A DNA stretch of 33,229 nucleotides, from assembly GCA_012514415.1 (NCBI GenBank), contig JAAZAH010000059.1:1-33229 (forward strand), given 5' to 3'. The DNA comes from Sandaracinaceae bacterium. GTDB taxonomy: Bacteria > Myxococcota_A > Polyangia > Polyangiales > Houyiibacteriaceae. Below the pieces are notes generated by a model, which saw only the letters and a program-made list of their open reading frames with translations, searched no databases and was not told the origin of the DNA. Below, piece after piece: positions 27,209-33,229 of the stretch. The number at the start of each line of letters is the position of its first letter. Positions within the stretch are counted from its first letter, which is position 1. Made by a program: the position numbers and the translations under genes.

Positions 27209-27952
27209 TCAAAGCGCGTCGCTCGGCTTTCCGATATCGGGAAGTGCGCCCCGCTCGCTCCTCAATGGCTCTTCGGTCGAGCGCCTCTCGCCTCGGCTTC
27301 TTTGATCGTTGAGAGCGCCCGAATGGAGTGCGCCCCTGAAGCGCGTCCTCCCCGCTCCGATCTCGTCGAGAGGGCTGAGCTGACGCGCGTCGTCCATGCC
27401 GGGCCCAGCCTCGCCGCGATGGGCTCGCGGACCGAGGAGCTCGACCAACGCCATCGCGACGAGCGAGCCGATCGCGACGCCGATCATGAAAAAGATGGCC
27501 AAGCGGAGTGCGCCACCGAGCCACTGGAAAAGGAGTGTGTACCAGCGGAGCGGAGCCGTTTTCTGTGCGGCCCTTTCCATGCTCGGTACGCGCGGCAAGG
27601 CGCGAGGCTTGATCGCATCGGACGCGCTTTCGAGCGTGATCTCCGCCTCCTGTCGAGCCTCGCCTTCACTCTTCTTCGCCGTTTCGGTTCTCCCAAGCTC
27701 GAGCGCGCGCTCGCTTCCCTCGGCTGCTGCCGGAGTGTCGCGCAGCTGGGTTGCACTCTCGATTTCTTTGAACGCCTCGTCGCGGATTGCGCGGAGCGCC
27801 TCTTCAGCGCGCGCCCTCAGCTCTTCTTTTTTCGCCCGGATCCCTGAGATCCGATGGGTGGTCGCCTCCTCGTGCGCGTCCTCCTCGTCGAGCTCGATCA
27901 CGTCGTCCGGATCGAGCCATTCTGCCTCCGTATCATCGATATCTCTCGTCAT
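27209..27952 (-). CDS. Hypothetical membrane protein with acidic N-terminus
   Basis: Acidic start (DDTEAEWLDPDDVIELDEED), charged helical region and TM segment LAIFFMIGVAIGSLVAMALV. GGGAGGG upstream on the minus strand. Confidence 0.6.
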   Translation of the reverse strand: MTRDIDDTEAEWLDPDDVIELDEEDAHEEATTHRISGIRAKKEELRARAEEALRAIRDEAFKEIESATQLRDTPAAAEGSERALELGRTETAKKSEGEARQEAEITLESASDAIKPRALPRVPSMERAAQKTAPLRWYTLLFQWLGGALRLAIFFMIGVAIGSLVAMALVELLGPRAHRGEAGPGMDDARQLSPLDEIGAGRTRFRGALHSGALNDQRSRGERRSTEEPLRSERGALPDIGKPSDAL

Positions 27953-28014
27953 CCATGCCCCTCCCAGCTCGTCTCACCTTGATCGTTTACGGAGAGGAGG
28001 CGACAATCATTCCA

Positions 28015-28758
28015 ATGTCGAAACATCCCCGCGTCGATTCTTCCATCCACGACGCTTACGAGATTCTTGGCGGATTCTTGGACACGAAGCTCTTCCTTAC
28101 GGCGGAGCACGCCGAGGAGCGCGTCCCCGAAGGTTTCCATTTTCGGCCCGAAGACGAGCGGCTGCGAGGCACGCACTGGGCCTACGATCTCGGTGTCTCG
28201 GAGCTGACTCGCGAGCTCTCGGAAGCGCTCGAGGCGCCCGGTGTCCTTGCCCGCTTCACCCGCCTCTTGGTCGATCCGAACCGCGCCGAAGACGAAGACG
28301 AGCTCTTCCGCACCGAGGCCGAAGGTGCGCCCATCCTTACCAACGTCGATTTGAGCGAGGCGGAACGCGAACGCCGGCTCACAGGCCTTTACCGTCCCTA
28401 TCACGAGGCGATCGACACGCTCCTTGAGCGTTCGACAGCACCGATCGTCTTTTCGGTTCATAGCTTCACGCCCGTTTACGAAGGAAAGCCGCGCGAAATG
28501 GAGCTTGGTGTCCTCTTTAACCGCGAGATTGAGCTCGCCGAGCGCCTTCGTCATCACCTCGAAGAGGCGGGCTTCATTGTGGCCATGAACGAGCCCTACT
28601 CGGGAGCACTCGGCCTGATCTATTCGGCGGAATCACACGCCGATCGCCACGGAAAGCACGCGCTCGAGCTTGAGATTCGGCAAGATCTCGCGGTCGATCC
28701 TCGGGCTCGGGCGAAGGTCGTTGCGGGCATCGAGAGCTTCATCGCCGAGCTTCCTTGA
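28015..28758 (+). CDS. N-formylglutamate amidohydrolase family protein
   Basis: TAEHA, THWAYDLG, RLLVDPNR, YRPYH, SVHSFTP, NEPYSG and ELEIRQDL. ATG at 28015 after GGAGG. Confidence 0.88.
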   Translation: MSKHPRVDSSIHDAYEILGGFLDTKLFLTAEHAEERVPEGFHFRPEDERLRGTHWAYDLGVSELTRELSEALEAPGVLARFTRLLVDPNRAEDEDELFRTEAEGAPILTNVDLSEAERERRLTGLYRPYHEAIDTLLERSTAPIVFSVHSFTPVYEGKPREMELGVLFNREIELAERLRHHLEEAGFIVAMNEPYSGALGLIYSAESHADRHGKHALELEIRQDLAVDPRARAKVVAGIESFIAELP

Positions 28759-28783
28759 ACGCTCCGGCGAGCATCCCTCGCTC

Positions 28784-29386
28784 TCACTTCGAAGGAAGGA
28801 TGAAGCCACTCGCGCGGAGCAGTTCGCCGAGCTTCATCATCGGCATGCCTTCGATCGCAGTGAAATCCTCGCCGTCGATCCGCTCAAAGAGGAAAATCCC
28901 GCGTCCTTCGATTTTGTATCCGCCGGCGGAGTCATAGGGCTCATCCCAGTCGATGATGGAGAGCAATTCGTCTGCGTCGAGGTGCCTCATCGTCATCTGG
29001 TGGATGACGGTAGCGCATCGTTCGCTCCCATTGGGATGGATAAGCGCGATCGAGGTGATGAGGCGATGGGTCTTTCCGACCATCTCGGAGAGGATCTCGA
29101 TGGAGCGCTCACGGCTGCCAGGCTTCCCCAGCATTCTTCCTTCGAAGGCGACGATCTGATCCCCTGCGAGGATGAAGGCTCCGGGATATTTTTCGGTGAG
29201 GGAGCGGGCCTTCAAGAGGGCGAGTGTGCTCGCGAGCTCTTCGGGATCGGGGATGGAAGCTTTGATCGCGTCTTCGTCGACGTGATGCGCGTCTTGCTCG
29301 AACTCAAAGCCGTGCCGTTTGAGTACGGCGCCGCGATAGGGTGAAGTGGAGGCGAGGATGAGGCGCGAGCGTGCGAGGGCGGTCAT
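28784..29386 (-). CDS. Maf family nucleoside triphosphate pyrophosphatase, YceF (m7GTP) subtype
   Basis: ILASTSPYR, AGDQ, GKP and SAGGYKIE. The aromatic/Q/E specificity triad is YceF-like rather than the R/T/Q of YhdE. Confidence 0.88.
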   Translation of the reverse strand: MTALARSRLILASTSPYRGAVLKRHGFEFEQDAHHVDEDAIKASIPDPEELASTLALLKARSLTEKYPGAFILAGDQIVAFEGRMLGKPGSRERSIEILSEMVGKTHRLITSIALIHPNGSERCATVIHQMTMRHLDADELLSIIDWDEPYDSAGGYKIEGRGIFLFERIDGEDFTAIEGMPMMKLGELLRASGFILPSK

Positions 29387-29395
29387 CGCACCGAA

Positions 29396-30811
29396 TCATA
29401 CGCCGACAAGGGGAAGCTGTCGCCTCTCCTCGTTGATATCCCGGACTTCGACCGGATAATTCCCCGTGAAACAGGCGTCGCAAAAGCCGCCATCGGCCTG
29501 AACCGCTTGGCGAAGCCCTTCCATCGACAGATAGGCGACGGTGTCGGCGAGGACGTAGCGCGCGATCTCTTCCTCGGTGTGGTTTGAGGCGATGAGCTCC
29601 TCACGATCGGGCGTGTCGATTCCGTAAAAGCAGGACCATTTTGTCGGAGGCGAGCTGATGCGGAGGTGGATCTCGGCGGCCCCTGCGTCGCGGAGCATCC
29701 GAACGATCTTGCGGCTTGTCGTACCGCGCACGATCGAATCGTCGACAACGGCCACGCGCTTTCCGGCGAGAAGTTCGCGGATGGGATGAAGTTTGAGGCG
29801 GACCCCGAAGTTGCGGATGCTTTGCTGGGGTTCGATAAAGGTTCGTCCGACGTAATGAGAGCGGATGATGCCGAGCTCGAAGGGGCGATCGATCTCTTCG
29901 GCATAGCCGAGCGCCGCTGCGATGCCGCTGTCGGGAACGGGGACGACGATGTCCACATCGGCGGGAGCTTCGCGGCCAAGGGCGCGCCCCATGGCCTTGC
30001 GCGCTTCGTACACACCGACGCCGCCAAGACGGGCGTCCGGTCGCGCGAAATAGACATACTCAAAGATGCACATCCGCCGCGGCTCGACCCGATCGCCAAA
30101 AGGACGAAGGGAGCGCAGCCCCACGCGATCAATCACCACCATCTCGCCAGGCTCGATATCGCGGATGTATTGGGCACCGATGAGTTCGAAAGCGGGCGGT
30201 TCGCTCGCGATCACATAACCTTCATCGAGCTGTCCGTGGCAAAGCGGCCTGAAGCCGAGCGGATCGCGGACGGCGATGAGCTCTTCGGCCGAGAGGAAGA
30301 CGAGGCTATAGGCGCCCTCGATCTTTGAGAGTGCCTCGGCCATCCGATCGACGGCGGTCTTCTGTCTGGAGCGTGCGATAAGGTGGATCAGCACCTCGGT
30401 ATCGCTTTCGGAGGAGAAGATCGAGCCCTCAGCTTCGAGCTTGTGCCGGAGGTGGAGCCCGTTGGTGATCGCTCCATTGTTGGCGAGTGCGATGGAGCCG
30501 TGCGCGCAATCGACAGCGAACGGCTGGGTGTTCTTCACGTGCTTCGTCCCGCGGCGCGCGTAGCGAACGTGGCCGATGGCGCGATCGCCCGGGAGCCGCT
30601 CCATCACCGCAGGGGTAAAAACATCCTGCACGAGGCCGAGCTCGCGATGGACGAAAAGCTGCTCGCCATTGCTTGTGACGATCCCCGCGGCCTCTTGACC
30701 GCGATGCTGAAGGGAGTGGAGTCCGAGATAGGCGAGGTTGGCGGCTTCGGGGACGCCGAAAACACCGAAGACACCGCATTCATCGTGAAAATGATCGTCG
30801 TCGAGGGGCAC
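29396..30811 (-). CDS. purF: Amidophosphoribosyltransferase with propeptide and 4Fe-4S cysteines
   Basis: HDE-CGVFG (Ntn Cys), QHRGQE, SDTE, CIFEYVYFARPD, VPDSG, VDDSIVRGTT, CFYGID and CDACF. Confidence 0.95.
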   Translation of the reverse strand: MPLDDDHFHDECGVFGVFGVPEAANLAYLGLHSLQHRGQEAAGIVTSNGEQLFVHRELGLVQDVFTPAVMERLPGDRAIGHVRYARRGTKHVKNTQPFAVDCAHGSIALANNGAITNGLHLRHKLEAEGSIFSSESDTEVLIHLIARSRQKTAVDRMAEALSKIEGAYSLVFLSAEELIAVRDPLGFRPLCHGQLDEGYVIASEPPAFELIGAQYIRDIEPGEMVVIDRVGLRSLRPFGDRVEPRRMCIFEYVYFARPDARLGGVGVYEARKAMGRALGREAPADVDIVVPVPDSGIAAALGYAEEIDRPFELGIIRSHYVGRTFIEPQQSIRNFGVRLKLHPIRELLAGKRVAVVDDSIVRGTTSRKIVRMLRDAGAAEIHLRISSPPTKWSCFYGIDTPDREELIASNHTEEEIARYVLADTVAYLSMEGLRQAVQADGGFCDACFTGNYPVEVRDINEERRQLPLVGV

Positions 30812-30896
30812 AGCGCATTCATAGCGCCGCTCGGCCGTTCGTGAAAGCCGATCATCTCAGAAAATCAAAGAGGGGGCAGGGCGCGACCGATTTGCT

Positions 30897-33229
30897 ATGT
30901 TGCGATCCGCTTTCATGGCTTCTCGACTCATCCGACCCATCGAACAGCTCTCCCCGAGGAGAGCGGCTGATTTTGGGGGTAAAGCGAAAGGGCTCGCGCT
31001 CATGGCGCGAGGAGCGTTCCCCATCCCGCGGGCGTTCGCCATCTCTGCGGGCGCGGCCGACGCGCATTTCGCGAAGGTGCTCGACGAGGCTTCGCTACCC
31101 GAGGCGTTGATCGAGAGCGGTGAGTACGACGATGAGAAGCTCGAAGCGCTGCGCGCCCGCGTCCAAAACGCTGAGCTCGATCCGGCGCTCGATGCCGCGC
31201 TCGTCAAAGCCGTCGAAGAGCTCTTACGCGAAGGCGATGTCCTCGCGGTCCGCTCGAGCGGGACCCTCGAAGATACCGAAGATTATTCCGCTGCAGGGCT
31301 CCACGAGACAATCCTTGGCATTCGGAGTGTGGACGAGGTTCGCGCTAGCATCAAAAAGATCTGGGCCTCGCTCTTTGCTCCGCGGATCCTTACCTACCTC
31401 GAGGCGCAACATAAGCATGCGACGCCGCGTATGGGTGTGATCCTCCAGCGGATGATCGAACCGCGGATCTCTGGCGTCTTTTTTACGGCGAACCCGCTCA
31501 CGGGTGATGCCGGCGAGATCGTGGTGGATGCGAGCTATGGTCTTGGGACGCTGATCGTCGAAGGGCGAATCGGACCCGATACCATCCGCCTCGATAAAGC
31601 GACGAGGCTGCCGCGCGATCGCGTGATCGGCGATAAGCGTCTCGAGGCTCGGTTCGAGGACGGGGCGATTGTCGAAAGGCAGGTCGAACCCGAGCGCGCG
31701 TCGAAGCTTTGCCTTAGCGATGAAGAGCTCGATCTCCTCCTCAATACAGCGCTCGCTCTCGAAGAGCGCTTCAAAGATCCGCTTGATGTCGAGTTCGCCT
31801 TCACCGACGAAGGGCTCGTTCTTCTCCAGATGCGTCCTTCGCGCGTGAGCGTTCAGCCGGGCACCCGAAAATGGGCGAAGAAGGCGGGCCCCGATCAGCC
31901 CGATCGCCGCGATTATCTCTGGACGAATATCAATGTCGGCGAAGCGCTGCCGGGAGTCGCGACGCCGCTTACTTGGTCGGTATTGAGCGGGTTTTCGGAG
32001 CTTGGATTTCGGCGCGCTTTCGGGGCGCTTGGTTGCGCCGTTCCGAAGGATGCCGAGCTCGTCGGTGATTTCCGTGGGCGGATCTACCTGAACCTCACGG
32101 AGTTCATGAGCATCCTCTCGCAGATCCCCGGCTTCCGTCCGAGCCTCGTCCTTTCGCTTGCGGGTGCCGATCTCGATCCCTCGCTCTTTGAAGAGGGCAT
32201 CCGAAGGCGCAATTCGCGCGGCTTCTTCACGCGTCTTCCTTTCGCGATCCGGCGGTTCATTCGCGAAAATTACCGGATCGAGCATCGCCTTAAAGAGTAC
32301 GACGAAGAGTTTCGGAGTGAGCGCGATCGCATCGCCTCACTGGATCTCCGCGTGCTCGCCCCGGCCGCGCTCGACCAGACGCTCTACGATGTCGAAGCGC
32401 TTCTCGATCGAACCGGGGCGATGGCGCTCAACGTCTATGGGAATCTCCTAGCGACGCTGGTCGTGCTTTACGCCTTGCTCAAGATCACGGCGCGCGAGGA
32501 GGCCGATTCGCTCCTTCGCGATCTCCTCGTCGGTCTCAATGAGGTGGAAAGCGCTGAGCCGGGATATGCGCTCGCGACGATCGCCGATCGCGTCCGCTTC
32601 GACGAAGGCGCGCGCGAATTCTTCCTATCGGAAGAGCGCTCGCTTCGACTCGAAAACCTTCCCGAAGGCGAGATTCGACGCTCACTCGACGAGTTTTTGA
32701 GGGATTTTGGACATCGTGGACCGCGTGAGGCCGAGCTCTCGGAGAAGCGATGGGCGGAAGATCCGAGTCTCGTCCTCGCTGCCCTCCGCGCCGCCGTGCT
32801 CAGCGCGCACGCCGGCGTGAAGCCGCGCAACCCACTCGCCATCCGGGCTTCCATCCGCGCCGATGCCGAGCGGCGTCTCGCCCAATCCGTTCCTTTGCCG
32901 CTCCGCCCTTCGGTGAAAGCGCTCGTCTCGCTCGCACAGCGCTTCATGCTCCTTCGCGAACGCTTGCGCTCCGATATTACGCGTGTCCTCGGGATGTTTC
33001 GAAGTGTTGCGCTCGAGGTGAGTCGGCGGATCGAAGCGTGGGAACCCGAGGCCGGAAGCGACGCCGCTTTTTTCCTCACGCTTGAGGAGATCCACTCCGG
33101 CCTTCGCGCGAGCCTGACCGGGATCTCGCTCCGCATTCAGCAGCGCCGCGCCGCGCTCGCACGCGATGAATCTCTTCCCGATCCACCGGATTTCTTTGTG
33201 GGCCTCCCGCCGCCTGTAAGCGAGGAGCC
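30897..33229 (+). CDS. PEP-synthase-like ATP-grasp enzyme with rifampin phosphotransferase/PigC-type architecture (3' truncated)
   Basis: Open frame from ATG 30897 (or 30915) to the window end, missing from the ORF track. Contains GGKA, VRSSGTLED..SAAG, QRMI, SGVFFTANP, DVEFA and LQMRP, then WTNINVGEALPGVATPLTWS and FGHRGPREAELSEKRWAEDP. Confidence 0.88.
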   Translation, partial: MLRSAFMASRLIRPIEQLSPRRAADFGGKAKGLALMARGAFPIPRAFAISAGAADAHFAKVLDEASLPEALIESGEYDDEKLEALRARVQNAELDPALDAALVKAVEELLREGDVLAVRSSGTLEDTEDYSAAGLHETILGIRSVDEVRASIKKIWASLFAPRILTYLEAQHKHATPRMGVILQRMIEPRISGVFFTANPLTGDAGEIVVDASYGLGTLIVEGRIGPDTIRLDKATRLPRDRVIGDKRLEARFEDGAIVERQVEPERASKLCLSDEELDLLLNTALALEERFKDPLDVEFAFTDEGLVLLQMRPSRVSVQPGTRKWAKKAGPDQPDRRDYLWTNINVGEALPGVATPLTWSVLSGFSELGFRRAFGALGCAVPKDAELVGDFRGRIYLNLTEFMSILSQIPGFRPSLVLSLAGADLDPSLFEEGIRRRNSRGFFTRLPFAIRRFIRENYRIEHRLKEYDEEFRSERDRIASLDLRVLAPAALDQTLYDVEALLDRTGAMALNVYGNLLATLVVLYALLKITAREEADSLLRDLLVGLNEVESAEPGYALATIADRVRFDEGAREFFLSEERSLRLENLPEGEIRRSLDEFLRDFGHRGPREAELSEKRWAEDPSLVLAALRAAVLSAHAGVKPRNPLAIRASIRADAERRLAQSVPLPLRPSVKALVSLAQRFMLLRERLRSDITRVLGMFRSVALEVSRRIEAWEPEAGSDAAFFLTLEEIHSGLRASLTGISLRIQQRRAALARDESLPDPPDFFVGLPPPVSEE

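Noticed and set aside
9217-30811. Apparent clustering of purine/nucleotide genes (hisIE, Nudix, purHD, Maf, purF) as one system
   Set aside because: They are scattered over 20 kb on both strands among unrelated genes, which is consistent with ordinary core-genome order.
30812-30896. Rifamycin-associated element upstream of the RPH-like gene
   Set aside because: No matching inverted repeat is seen, so a rifampin-resistance role is not claimed.

Overview
GC-rich chromosomal segment that looks myxobacterial (Myxococcota, probably Polyangiales-like). That assignment is inferred from a Myxococcus-type LexA box, CdnL, a RomX-like protein, AgmX/PglI-type domains and a Cys-rich lipoprotein. Most genes are housekeeping or metabolic: a CheY-like 3' fragment, Zn-free rpmG, korAB, trpFBA, recA, cdnL, hisIE, a Nudix hydrolase, purH-purD-tsaC, rluD, an acyl-CoA mutase, an OYE-family oxidoreductase, an N-formylglutamate amidohydrolase, Maf, purF and a 3'-truncated rifampin-phosphotransferase/PigC-like enzyme that is absent from the ORF track. 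I found no tRNA, rRNA, CRISPR array, integrase or transposase. The most striking observation is a 418-aa lipoprotein (18030..19286, minus) whose 32 central cysteines are spaced in an exact palindrome (9,3,5,8,8,3,7,9,3x7,[9],3x7,9,7,3,8,8,5,3,9). This suggests a fold-back hairpin stalk with up to 16 nested disulfides. It lies in a cluster of uncharacterised envelope genes (lipoprotein, large TPR-TM-TPR protein, AgmX/PglI-domain lipoprotein, small TPR). Other points of note: the mutase carries isobutyryl-CoA mutase residues, PurF has an altered glutamine loop, a STAS-like/XRE gene pair sits beside paired palindromes, there is a 123-nt rod hairpin, and a 50-bp-period duplication contains two convergent stop codons. 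All family assignments come from motif recognition; no searches were run.
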